DNA of 64,000 nt, from positions 41,473 through 105,472 of the forward strand of contig VBEC01000018.1 in the NCBI GenBank assembly GCA_005883615.1. The letters are read 5' to 3'. The DNA comes from Chloroflexota bacterium (GTDB lineage: Bacteria > Chloroflexota > Limnocylindria > Limnocylindrales > CSP1-4). The notes beneath the pieces are model-generated. The model had not been told where the DNA came from. It did no database searches and worked only from the letters and a program-made list of their open reading frames with translations. This document shows positions 8,727 through 18,175 of the stretch, in pieces (positions within the stretch are counted from its first letter, which is position 1; each line of letters starts with the position of its first letter). The position numbers and the translations under genes were made by a program.

Positions 8727-9956
8727 ATGGCCCGGCCAGGGACGCCCGGACCCGGGCTGGGAGAGCTGTTCGTGACCGCCATTCCGTCATCGCAATCGCA
8801 CGGCTTCCTGTTCGCCGACCTGCGCGATTACAGCCACTTTGTCGAGGCGCACGGCGACCACGCGGCGGCGGAGCTCCTGACTGCGTATCGCGCGCTCGTT
8901 CGGGGCGCGGTCGAGCAGTTTGCAGGAGCGGAGATCCGGACCGAGGGCGATAGCTTCTACGTCGTCTTCGGGTCGGCCAGCAGCGCGGTCCGCTGTGGCG
9001 TGGCGATTCTTGAAGCCGCTGCGCAGGCTAACCGAGTAGCCGACGGGCAGCCGATTGCCGTCGGCGTCGGAGTCCACGCCGGCGAGACCGCCGAAACGGA
9101 CGAGGGCTTCGTTGGCTCGGCGGTCAACATCGCTGCGCGCATCTGCACGCAGGCAAGGGCAGGTCAGCTCCTCGTCAGCGACACCGTGCGCAGCCTGACC
9201 CGGACCATGCTGCCCTACGGATTCACGCCGGTCGGCACTCGCAAGCTGAAGGGAATCGCCGAACCGATCGCGCTTTACCGGGTGGAGGTCGATGGCCGCG
9301 CCGCCGTGTCGCCATCGCTAGTGGGCCGCGCGCGCAGACTGGCCGGGCCGCGCCTCGCGGCCGCCGCGATCGTCGTCGTGGCCATCGCCATCGGCTTGGT
9401 CGGGCAGGCGGCGCTGTCGAGCGGCAGTCAGCGTCCAAGCGCGTCGCCCTCATCGTCGACGAGCGCTGTCGCGGGCGCTTCGGTGTCGCCCGTCGCGAAC
9501 CTCTACCCGAACGTTGCAGAGCGCGACCTGCTCTCTCGATTGCCGGAAAGCGTCCAGGGGCCTGGCGGAGGGAACTGCGGCCGCGCCGGTGTCACGGAGG
9601 CGGCTCCGGCGGCCTCGGCCAGCATCCGCTGTCAGCTTGATCCACTCTCCGACGCGGAGTACGTCGTGTACGACCAGTTCCCCGAGAAGGCCAGCCTGGA
9701 CACCTTCTTCCTGGGCATCCAGCACCAGTTCAGTCTCGCGCAAGGTGACTGCGAGAAGCAGGCGAGCGCGTGGCAGCTCTGGGACGCTGCCGGATTCTCG
9801 GGCAGGCTGCTGTGTTATCGAGAAGGCGCCAGCGGCTCCCGAGTCGCCTGGACATATGACGGGGCGCACATCCTGGCAAGGGCGGGGCGGGGCGACGAGG
9901 CCGCGTCGAAGCTTTTCACGTGGTGGCGGGAGACCGCGGTCTTGATGCTAAGGTGA
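8727..9956 (+). CDS. Class III adenylate/guanylate cyclase (CHD domain) with a TM anchor and a C-terminal Cys-containing extracytoplasmic domain
   Basis: FLFADLRDYSHF...EIRTEGDSFYVVFGS...VGVGVHAGE...GSAVNIAARI are cyclase homology domain motifs. A TM helix (AAAIVVVAIAIGLVG) follows, then an ~180-aa C-terminal domain. Confidence 0.75.
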   Translation: MARPGTPGPGLGELFVTAIPSSQSHGFLFADLRDYSHFVEAHGDHAAAELLTAYRALVRGAVEQFAGAEIRTEGDSFYVVFGSASSAVRCGVAILEAAAQANRVADGQPIAVGVGVHAGETAETDEGFVGSAVNIAARICTQARAGQLLVSDTVRSLTRTMLPYGFTPVGTRKLKGIAEPIALYRVEVDGRAAVSPSLVGRARRLAGPRLAAAAIVVVAIAIGLVGQAALSSGSQRPSASPSSSTSAVAGASVSPVANLYPNVAERDLLSRLPESVQGPGGGNCGRAGVTEAAPAASASIRCQLDPLSDAEYVVYDQFPEKASLDTFFLGIQHQFSLAQGDCEKQASAWQLWDAAGFSGRLLCYREGASGSRVAWTYDGAHILARAGRGDEAASKLFTWWRETAVLMLR

Positions 9957-9972
9957 CGCCGGGGAACGTTCC

Positions 9973-12009
9973 TCAGGCCCCGGCCGCGGTTCGCAGCAGG
10001 AGCCGGTCCGGCCGCGCGTACCAGAACGGCTGATTCACGTCCAGCGGCCCGTCGCTGGCCGCGAGTCCGCTTGCAACCGCGACCAGGCGTACTCGGAAGT
10101 ACGCGAACAGCACGGGTTGCTCCTGGGCGATCAGCTCCTGGTACCGGCGGAACAAGTCGGCCCGCCGACTGACGTCATATTCGGTCTCGAGCTGCCGAGC
10201 CAGCGTATCGATCCGGGGATCACTGAATCCACCGGAATTCTCTCCGTCGGGTTGCCTGGGGCCGCTGGCGTGGTCGCTCTGGAAACGAGGCGACAGGATG
10301 TCCCAACTGCTCACCCAGGTGAAGAGGTTTAGGTCGAACGGCTTCTTCGTATCGGGGGTGATGTTCGGCCAGATCACCAGGGAGCGAAGGCGCCCGCCGA
10401 AGTCGCCCTGCACGACATGGATGTCGATGCCGCAGGCTTTGACCTGGATAGCCAGGATCTGCGCGAATTTGACTCGTTCGGTGTCGTCGATCCGAGCGTA
10501 GATGGCGGCTGTCAGGCGTTGGCCTGCCTTCTGGTAGACGCCATCCGAACCGAGTTGCCAGCCACTCGACTCGATCTCCCGCTTGGCGGCCCCCACGTCG
10601 CGCCCTGGCTTCGGCAGGGCATCGTCGTACATCCAGAATCCCGGCGGGACTTCCCCATACGACACGATGTAGTTGCCCCCGGTGGCCGCAGCAGCGATGG
10701 CCGGCTTGTCGATGCACAGCTCCATCGCGCGCCGGAGCCGGAGATCCGAGAAGATCTGACCGCGTCGGACGTTGTATGTCATCGATAGATAGGCGGGGTT
10801 GGGTGCTCTGCCAGTTCGGATCCTGGCCTGGTCGGCGAGGCCCGGAAACGGGCCGCTTGACTGAAGCTCCACCCAGTCGGCACTGCCATCTGCCACTGCC
10901 TTTGCCGCCCGCGTCTCGTCCGGGTAGAACAGGAATACGTAGTGCCTGGTTTCGGGTGGGCCGCCGTGGTAGCTGTCGACCGCGGTCAACTCGAGGCGCT
11001 CATTGGGCTTGAAGGCGGTGACCTTGTAGGCACCCGTGCCGACCGGCGCACGTCCGAGCATGAGCGCGGGGTACACGAGCGCGATCGCCGTCAGGTCCTT
11101 GGCGCCCAGGCTCGCAGCCGCCATCGTGAGCTCGCCGCCAAGCGTGTTGGCGTAACCGCAGGCGTCGAAGGCACTCCCCGTCAGCGTGTTGTATTCGGCC
11201 CGATCGGGAAGGAAGAGGCCGGTGCGGGCGACGAGCTGGCTTGCGTCCGGCAGCAGGCCGAGGCAGTTCGGCTGATCGGTTCCCAGCTCCTTCGAGACTC
11301 TGTCCGCGCCTGCCTGGAGCGCCTTCGCGCCGAGCAGTGCCAGCTTCGATCGCGCGTCCTGGAAGGCGGCCCGCACCACGGCCTCCGAGTCGATCCACAC
11401 GCCCGGCAGCGCGAGAGCCATGAACTGGGCGTTCGGCCGCTTGAGGTGGAACGCAACCGTGAGGGGATCGACAACCTCGGTCGAGTCGAGGAGGTCGGAG
11501 AGGCACCCGAGCCCGACGTCGGTTACGCACGGCCGGCCTGCGAGGGGCAGGTCGATCGGCGTGTGCACCGACATGAGCCGGTAGGTGAAGGCCACGTCGC
11601 CGGCGGTAATCGGTCGGCCGTTCGAAAACACGGCCTGGATCAACTTGCAGGTGATGATCAGGCCATCCCCCGAGGGCTCGCAGGAACTGGCAAGGCTGGG
11701 CGTGGGCCGAACGTGGGCATCCCAGCGGTACAGCGCATCGTGCAGGAAGTTGTTGATCGCGCCGGCTCTAACGTAGTCGTCGCCTACCGGTGAGGTCGCG
11801 TTGTCGAGCGGGCCAAAGGGGCCGCAGTCGCATACGGGGAGGGCGACCCGAATCGTGTCGGCAACTGCGGGCGCAGGCGATGCCGACGCAGGCGGGGAGG
11901 GGAGAGAAGAGGCCGAAGGAGTCGGGGCAGGACTGCAAGCGGCCGCCAGCGTGCACAGGGCGGTGACGACGGCGAGGAGCCTGGGCATCTGCCGGACAAC
12001 GGTGAACAT
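9973..12009 (-). CDS. ABC transporter substrate-binding lipoprotein, family 5 (peptide/nickel/opine type)
   Basis: Lipoprotein signal (LLAVVTALCTLAAACSP), 678 aa, DppA/OppA-like pattern throughout. Confidence 0.8.
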   Translation of the reverse strand: MFTVVRQMPRLLAVVTALCTLAAACSPAPTPSASSLPSPPASASPAPAVADTIRVALPVCDCGPFGPLDNATSPVGDDYVRAGAINNFLHDALYRWDAHVRPTPSLASSCEPSGDGLIITCKLIQAVFSNGRPITAGDVAFTYRLMSVHTPIDLPLAGRPCVTDVGLGCLSDLLDSTEVVDPLTVAFHLKRPNAQFMALALPGVWIDSEAVVRAAFQDARSKLALLGAKALQAGADRVSKELGTDQPNCLGLLPDASQLVARTGLFLPDRAEYNTLTGSAFDACGYANTLGGELTMAAASLGAKDLTAIALVYPALMLGRAPVGTGAYKVTAFKPNERLELTAVDSYHGGPPETRHYVFLFYPDETRAAKAVADGSADWVELQSSGPFPGLADQARIRTGRAPNPAYLSMTYNVRRGQIFSDLRLRRAMELCIDKPAIAAAATGGNYIVSYGEVPPGFWMYDDALPKPGRDVGAAKREIESSGWQLGSDGVYQKAGQRLTAAIYARIDDTERVKFAQILAIQVKACGIDIHVVQGDFGGRLRSLVIWPNITPDTKKPFDLNLFTWVSSWDILSPRFQSDHASGPRQPDGENSGGFSDPRIDTLARQLETEYDVSRRADLFRRYQELIAQEQPVLFAYFRVRLVAVASGLAASDGPLDVNQPFWYARPDRLLLRTAAGA

Positions 12010-12109
12010 GTTCGGACCGCCATCCTGCGTCCAGACGAGGGCCCGGTCGGGCGAGCGCAGGATACGCCTCAGGCTAGCGCCCGATTAGCCACTGGGCTTG
12101 TAAGTCCCT

Positions 12110-12988
12110 TCAGATCCCGCCGCTGAAGGTGTCGCAGTCGTCGGGTGCGCCGCTGTGATAACCGATGCTGAACCAATGCTGCCGTTGGGCCGACGAGCCG
12201 TGGGTCCACGTCTCGGGGTTTACCTGGCCCTGCGTCTCCTGCTGGATGCGGTCGTCGCCCACGGCCGCAGCGGCGTCGAGGGCCAGCGCGATGTCACCCG
12301 ATGACAAAGGGTCGAGATAACCGGTCGCGGAGGCGTGGTTAGCCCATACACCGGCGTAGCAGTCGGCCTGAAGCTCCGTTCGGACTGAACCGCCCGAGGC
12401 TCCCTGTCCGCGCGCCGCGGACAGCGTTCCGAGCAGGTCCTGGATGTGATGGCCGTACTCGTGCGACACGACGTAGGCCTCGGCGAATGGCCCACCCTTT
12501 GCCCCGAACTGGGTCCTGAGCTGGTCGAAGAACCCAAGGTCGAGGTAAACATGCCTGTCGGTCGGGCAGTAGAACGGTCCAACCTCGGTCGAAGCCAGGC
12601 CGCAGCCGGTATTGACCTGGCCACTGAACAAGACCGTCTTGGCGGGTTCGTAGCTCTGCCCGGACTGGTTGAATTCATCCTTCCAGTACGACTGGACGCT
12701 GTTGACGTAGCCGACGATGCGGCAGTCGCCCCGCGTGTTTGCCTGCGCGCCGGTCTGGCACTCGTTGGCGAGGGCGCTGCTTCCCGGTCCGTAGTCGATG
12801 TCGGTCTGGCCGCCGACACCGCTCAGGTCGACGTTTCCGCCCGTCAGCAGCACGTAGAGCAGCGTCGCGATCAGGCCGATCGCGCCGCCGCCGCCAATGA
12901 CGAGGCCGCGGCTGCCTACGCCGCGACCGCGGGCGTCGTCGACCTGCGACGGATCCAGGGGGGCATCGGGCCGGAAGGTCATGGGCAT
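12110..12988 (-). CDS. Neutral zinc metallopeptidase (YpfJ-like, HEXXH)
   Basis: N-terminal TM helix, HEYGHH zinc motif, and ...[13 protein letters not shown]... GAGGTG RBS before the ATG at 12988. The track ORF 12110..13471 is an upstream artefact extension. Confidence 0.8.
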   Translation of the reverse strand: MPMTFRPDAPLDPSQVDDARGRGVGSRGLVIGGGGAIGLIATLLYVLLTGGNVDLSGVGGQTDIDYGPGSSALANECQTGAQANTRGDCRIVGYVNSVQSYWKDEFNQSGQSYEPAKTVLFSGQVNTGCGLASTEVGPFYCPTDRHVYLDLGFFDQLRTQFGAKGGPFAEAYVVSHEYGHHIQDLLGTLSAARGQGASGGSVRTELQADCYAGVWANHASATGYLDPLSSGDIALALDAAAAVGDDRIQQETQGQVNPETWTHGSSAQRQHWFSIGYHSGAPDDCDTFSGGI

Positions 12989-13174
12989 CACCTCGGGCTG
13001 GTGGTCCGCGGCCAATCCTCGGACGCCGCTGCCCGTTCCGGCAGACCCGCGCCGGAGGGCCGATATCGCAGAGTCGTTGCGTTCCTGGCTGCTGCCGACG
13101 GCGCCCGATGGCCCTTTCCGAACGCGCAGGTGCCCGCGCGAGAGCCCCGGCCACGCTCGCGGTAGGCTTGCTCG

Positions 13175-13735
13175 ATGGACTACGAGGTCGAGCCGACCCG
13201 AGTCGACCGGAGGTCCAAGCGCCCTGCCCTGGCCGCGGGCGTGGCGATCGCCAGCGTCGTGCTCGTCGCAATCGGGCTCGCAGATCGAACGCCGAGCCGT
13301 GCGGCCGAGAACGCGGTATCCCCAGCCGCAACCGAGAGCGATGTCGCGCGCGACCCGAGCGCGACCGAGACCGTCCGCTCGCCTGACATCACCCGCTCCT
13401 CGCTGAGGCTGCCGCTGTTCGCAAGCCAGGATGTAAAGTGCCACGGAGTCGGCCGCGCCGGCTGCCTGCAAATGGCTCGGGCCGCGGTTGCCGCCCTCGA
13501 TCCTCCGCGGCCACTCATCGGCGCGATCGAGGTGTGGCCGTCCCTGATTTGCGGGGACACGATCGACTGCCCGCTATCGGTGCTTAGGCGGATCGACCCG
13601 CTGGGCAGCGCTGTCCTTCACCTACGTGGTTCGCAGAGTGAGGTCTGGGTGAACGTGGGCCAGGACACCGTGACCGGTTCGAGTCCGTCAGCGGCCGCCG
13701 CCATCGAAGCCTGGATCATCCGCTGGCAGTATTGA
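13175..13735 (+). CDS. Hypothetical membrane-anchored protein
   Basis: 186-aa ORF with a single TM helix ([19 protein letters not shown]). Divergent from the metallopeptidase gene. No homology recognised. Confidence 0.4.
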   Translation: MDYEVEPTRVDRRSKRPALAAGVAIASVVLVAIGLADRTPSRAAENAVSPAATESDVARDPSATETVRSPDITRSSLRLPLFASQDVKCHGVGRAGCLQMARAAVAALDPPRPLIGAIEVWPSLICGDTIDCPLSVLRRIDPLGSAVLHLRGSQSEVWVNVGQDTVTGSSPSAAAAIEAWIIRWQY

Positions 13736-13916
13736 CGTCGAGCGCCGAGCGAACTGGGGCGAGTTTGCAGCATCCGGCATGAGGGCTGGTCGTTCCGATA
13801 GCACACCCCCGCTAGCGTTGAGGGGTTTCCAGTCCTAGCGGCTTCGATCCACCATTACCCTGACTCACCGCCGAACAGCCCACGTCACCAGTTTCGCCAC
13901 GGGCTTCCTCGCCCTG

Positions 13917-14972
13917 ATGCTGGTGCTTGCCGGCTGCGGAAGCTCGGCCTCTCCCGCGGCCAGCCCTTCGGCCGCACCGAGCGCCCCGAGCGGCGCGAGC
14001 GCCCCGGCCGCCTCGGGCGGCTATGGCGTCGGTGGCGGAGCGGCGTCGCCATGGACGGCTGCGTCGGGGAGCAGCCTCGCCGAGCAGCTCCAGCAGCAGT
14101 TTGTGTCGGTGGTGCAGACGGTGAGCCCGGCCGTCGTCGTCATCCAGACCTCCAGCGGGCTGGGCTCCGGCGTCGTATTCGATAACCAGGGCGACATCGT
14201 AACCAACGCCCATGTCGTCGGGACGGCCACCCGCTTCGACGTAACGACCTCGGATGGCAAGTCCTTCGATGGGCGCCTCGTCGGGACCTTTCCGGCAGAC
14301 GACATCGCAGTGGTCAAGGTCTCGGGCCAGAACGTTCAGCCGGCCACCTTTGGCGACTCCTCGAAACTCGTGGTCGGCGACATCGTGATGGCCATCGGCA
14401 ATCCGCTCGGGCTGCAAAGCAGCGTGACCGAAGGAATTGTCAGTGCGGTCGGGCGCACCGTGACCGAGCCTGGTGGTGCCTCGCTGCCGAACGTGATCCA
14501 GACGAGCGCCCCGATCAATCCCGGCAACAGCGGCGGTGCCCTGGTCGACCTCGAGGGGCAGGTGGTCGGGATCCCGACGCTCGCCGCCGTGGATCCCGAG
14601 CTGGGAGGCACCGCGCCCGGCATCGGATTCGCGATCCCAAGCAACCTTGCCAAGGACATCGCGACCCAGCTGATCGAGCACGGCAAGGTTGTCTCATCCC
14701 ATCGCGCCTACCTGGGGATCCGCGCTGCGAACGTGACCAGCGGGGGCGGCGTACTCGTGTACGCGGTGACGGCCGGCGGCCCCGCGGCGAAGGCGGGCAT
14801 CAAGCCTGGCGAGCTCATCACGAGCGTCGCCGGGCAGCCAATCTCGGACTTTGGTGTCCTGTCCGCCGTGCTGGCCGGTCTTGCGCCGGGCCAGACGGTG
14901 CCAGTGGAGATCGTTCGCGCCGACCGAACCAAGGCGACAGTTCAGGTCACGCTGGGCGAGCTGCCGGGCTAG
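13917..14972 (+). CDS. htrA: HtrA/DegP-family trypsin-like serine protease with a PDZ domain, lipoprotein-type N-terminus
   Basis: LAGCGSS lipobox-like motif, catalytic triad context (TNAHVV..., ...DIAVVKV..., GNSGGAL), and a C-terminal PDZ domain (GIKPGELITSVAGQPI). Confidence 0.8.
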   Translation: MLVLAGCGSSASPAASPSAAPSAPSGASAPAASGGYGVGGGAASPWTAASGSSLAEQLQQQFVSVVQTVSPAVVVIQTSSGLGSGVVFDNQGDIVTNAHVVGTATRFDVTTSDGKSFDGRLVGTFPADDIAVVKVSGQNVQPATFGDSSKLVVGDIVMAIGNPLGLQSSVTEGIVSAVGRTVTEPGGASLPNVIQTSAPINPGNSGGALVDLEGQVVGIPTLAAVDPELGGTAPGIGFAIPSNLAKDIATQLIEHGKVVSSHRAYLGIRAANVTSGGGVLVYAVTAGGPAAKAGIKPGELITSVAGQPISDFGVLSAVLAGLAPGQTVPVEIVRADRTKATVQVTLGELPG

Positions 14973-15575
14973 GGTCGCGGTCGCCGGTCCTGGGGTGTTC
15001 CCGAGCGGCAGTCTTGCCACCAACCCGTGACATGAGTGGTAGGCATATGCGACCGATGAGGTGGCGCCCAGGGCCGGGCGAAATCTCCAGCCTGACGCTC
15101 AAGGCGGGATGAAGAAAGCCAATCCGACTCGCTGAAGAGCCGCCATCCAGCAGCTACCCCCGCCGTCCGGGTAACTGGCAAGAAACCCCGGGTGCTTTGG
15201 GTGCGCGGACGAACGGGCGCCGTCAAGCGCGAGTCAGCGGACGGAGGCGACCGCCGCCGACGCCACGGCGATGATGAACCCGATGCGGAACAGGGCGCTC
15301 AGCGCGATCGGCACGCGCATTGAGCCAATGAGAGTCAACACGACTCACCTCGTTTCGGCAACCCGGCTAACTGGCGGCCGAAGCCGTATCAGTCCCGTGG
15401 CTTTGCGTCCCCGCGTCACCGCGGGTTTGCCCTTGTCGACCAGCGTGAGCTGGTTGGGGCACTCTCGCACCCGTGGCCGGACCCTACCCCTTTCGCTCCA
15501 ACGCGCGAAAGAGGGCAAGTCGTCCGGGGGATGACCCATGACGGTACGACCGGCTGCGCGCAGTCCGGCCCTCTC

Positions 15576-16256
15576 ATGGAAATCACAGAAAGCTTTCCGA
15601 CACTCTCGGCTGCCGGCGCCTGGTTTCGACGTGCGCCGAACAGGAATACCGGCCTTCCCGGATCGATGACAGCCTTCCAGCTGATGGACGTGATGTCGAA
15701 GTCGACTGCTCGCAATGCGCGCTCGCTCATCCCGCCGATCCCGCGAGTATGGAACGTGCGCGGCACCGATATCACCGCGCTCCTTCTGGCGAACGGCGCG
15801 CTGATCGTCGGGTTGTGGGCCCGGCACAGCGGCCCGGACCAGTTCTCCACGCTCGGCGGGACGATCACCGCCAGTGGCCAGCTCACCGCTCTCCTCGGGA
15901 CCTATATCGCGCTGATCGCCCTGGTGCTCATGTCCCGAAGTCCATGGCTCGATCAGCTCTTCGGCATCCATGGCCTTGCGAGCGCTCATCGATGGCTGGG
16001 GTTTGCGTGCGTCTGGCTGCTGTGCGCCCATGCGGCGCTGACCACGGTTGGCTTCGCTCTGCAAGACCGCCGCTCGATCCCGAGCGAGGCCTTTGCGTTG
16101 CTGATGACCTACCCGTAGGTCCTCATGGCTACGGTGGGGACGGCGCTCTTCATTGCGGTCGCGGCGGCCTCCGTGCAGGCCGCGCGCAACCGGCTGTCAT
16201 ATGAGACGTGGTACGGCATCCACCTCTACGCGACCCTGGACGGCTTGCTGGCGTAG
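15576..16256 (+). pseudogene. Ferric-reductase-like transmembrane (bis-heme) domain gene interrupted by an in-frame TAG at 16116-16118 and truncated 3'
   Basis: AHRWLGFACVWLLCAH gives His-x13-His heme ligands. The same frame continues after the amber codon (VLMATVGTALFIAVAAASVQAARNRLSYETWYGIHLYATLDGLLA*) and ends before a second His pair would be expected. Confidence 0.5.
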
Positions 16257-16294
16257 GAGACTAGAATTCGGGACGGACCGCATCGAGGTGCGCC

Positions 16295-16513
16295 ATGTAC
16301 TGGGATGAATTGGTCAAGCGTTGGCGGCGCGAGGCAGGGACGCGCGACAGCCGGCAGCTTCAGGCAATCGGCGGGAATGTGGCCGCATTTGCCGCTCGGC
16401 AGCCCCGCCGGCAGAGCTGGCGATGGCTCGCGCTGATCGTCTATGCAGCCCTCATTGCGCTGGCGCTGCTGCTGCTCGCCCCGCACGAAGCCCGGGCTCT
16501 TCTGCACCCGTAG
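16295..16513 (+). CDS. Small hypothetical membrane protein (72 aa)
   Basis: GAGGTG RBS 4 nt before the ATG. Basic N-terminus followed by one TM helix (WRWLALIVYAALIALALLLLAP). Confidence 0.3.
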   Translation: MYWDELVKRWRREAGTRDSRQLQAIGGNVAAFAARQPRRQSWRWLALIVYAALIALALLLLAPHEARALLHP

Positions 16514-16538
16514 CCGCACACGCAGAACCAGGAGAGTC

Positions 16539-17063
16539 ATGTCGATCCCGGAGGCGCTGGCGAGTGCCACGCGCTATCTCAGCGAGCACCCGGAGGAGGC
16601 CCGCTACCGCGATTCCTACGCCCGTGCAACCATCGAGGGCGGCCTGGCTGTGCGTGTCGAGGGCCCCGGCGGCGAAAGCCTCCGCTCGGACATGCCGAAG
16701 GGCATCGGTGGCGCCGCGAGCGATCCGTCACCGGGCTGGCTCATGCGTGCTGCAACGGCTTCGTGCGTCGCGACGCTCCTCGCGATCCGTGCCGCGGCGC
16801 TCGGTATCGAACTCGGAACCGTCGAGGTCGACGTCGACAGTGAATCGGACGATCGGGGCATTCTCGGCATCGACCAAAGCATCCCGGCGGGCCCCTTGAG
16901 CATGCGAATCGGGGTCAGGATCGAGGCTCGAGGCCGGAATCGGGCTGAGCTGGACGAGCTCACCGGTTGGGCGCTCGATCACTGCCCCGTGGTCGACGCA
17001 ATCCGGCGCGCCGTCCCGGTCGAGGTCGAGGTCGAAGGCGGCGTCGAAGCTCGCACCCCGTAG
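16539..17063 (+). CDS. osmC: OsmC/Ohr-family peroxiredoxin-like protein
   Basis: AGGAGA RBS, 174 aa. The OsmC fold shows two Cys (ATASCVATLL and ALDHCPVV). Confidence 0.85.
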   Translation: MSIPEALASATRYLSEHPEEARYRDSYARATIEGGLAVRVEGPGGESLRSDMPKGIGGAASDPSPGWLMRAATASCVATLLAIRAAALGIELGTVEVDVDSESDDRGILGIDQSIPAGPLSMRIGVRIEARGRNRAELDELTGWALDHCPVVDAIRRAVPVEVEVEGGVEARTP

Positions 17064-17367
17064 CCGCAACCTCCCGCGGCGGGGATCAGCTGTTCTCTTC
17101 GTACGCGCGCCGCAGCCAGCCCTCGACCTCGTCGTCGACCTCGTCCGCTGAGGCCAGGGCTAAGCGCATGGTGACGGCGTTGTTGCCCATGCTCGTCGCC
17201 CGAAGGAGCCTCCCGTTGGGGGCCCGATCGGCCACCCGCAGACCAAGGTCGATCCGGCTCCTCGTGGTCGGTTCGACCGAGGCGAACGTTCTCCTGGGCG
17301 TCAGGAGCGAGAGCGAACCACCTGTTGCGTTCGCGCCAGGACAACGTCTTCGTCGCCACCCTGGGCC

Positions 17368-18036
17368 TCAGGCGCTCGTCTCGGTGACCATCATGGCGCC
17401 CGCCCGGGCCGGCCGTTCGGTATTGGGGATGATCTCATAGTGCTCCGCGGTCCCCTGTACGATCCGTGACGCGTTGCGGGTCGCGATCGGCCGGCGGACG
17501 TTGCCCCCGGTCGCGAGTTCGATGGCATCCCAGCGCGACCACGCCGAGACTGTGACGAAGCGAGTCGGCGGATCGAGGCCCAGGTACAGCGCTATCAATC
17601 CGTCGTTCGAGCCGGCGTCCGCAAGGGTCCCGGCATGAGCCTCCTCTGCGTAGGCTGGGAGCTCCCCATCACGAACCTGACCCCGAAAGACGCGCAGGAT
17701 TGCCGGGGGATCGGGTCGCTCCACGCGAACGGAGAACGCGAGGGGCAGCACATCGAGGTGCCTGTCCTTCAGGCGTTCAGCGTCGTCGTCGCCGAACGGC
17801 GCGAGGTGGGCCGCCTGGCCGATTGCGCCTTCCATCGCCTCCTGTGACTCCCAGATCGAGGCGATCACACGCTCGTCGCCTTCTCCCACCCCATGGCGAC
17901 CGGCCAGGGTATCGATGATGCCCGGGAGAGCGGCGAAGCCCGGCATGAGCTCGTCCCGCAGGCGCGAATCGAGCGCCGACTCCGAACCAACCGGCCGGAA
18001 GGCGAACACGCGCAAGATGGCGCCGTCTCCCACCAC
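17368..18036 (-). CDS. Tandem ABM (antibiotic-biosynthesis-monooxygenase-like) domain protein
   Basis: Two ~100-aa repeats each begin ILRVF... and carry ...W(E/S)S.EA... GTG start at 18036, preceded by GGAGCGAGG. The track's 329-aa ORF is an upstream extension. Confidence 0.6.
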   Translation of the reverse strand: MVGDGAILRVFAFRPVGSESALDSRLRDELMPGFAALPGIIDTLAGRHGVGEGDERVIASIWESQEAMEGAIGQAAHLAPFGDDDAERLKDRHLDVLPLAFSVRVERPDPPAILRVFRGQVRDGELPAYAEEAHAGTLADAGSNDGLIALYLGLDPPTRFVTVSAWSRWDAIELATGGNVRRPIATRNASRIVQGTAEHYEIIPNTERPARAGAMMVTETSA

Positions 18037-18175
18037 AAGCCTCGCTCCGCGACGACCCTCGCGACGACCAACGCGATGATCGACGCGGTGATTGTGCGCG
18101 ATGCGCCCGCGAACGGGCAATGTCAGCCCGGATGATCGGCGGCAGTCGCCCGCCGCATCTGCCGGCCTCAGCCGT

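Noticed and set aside
15345-16064. 239-aa - strand ORF
   Set aside because: It lies antisense to the ferric-reductase-like domain and has a low-complexity basic product.
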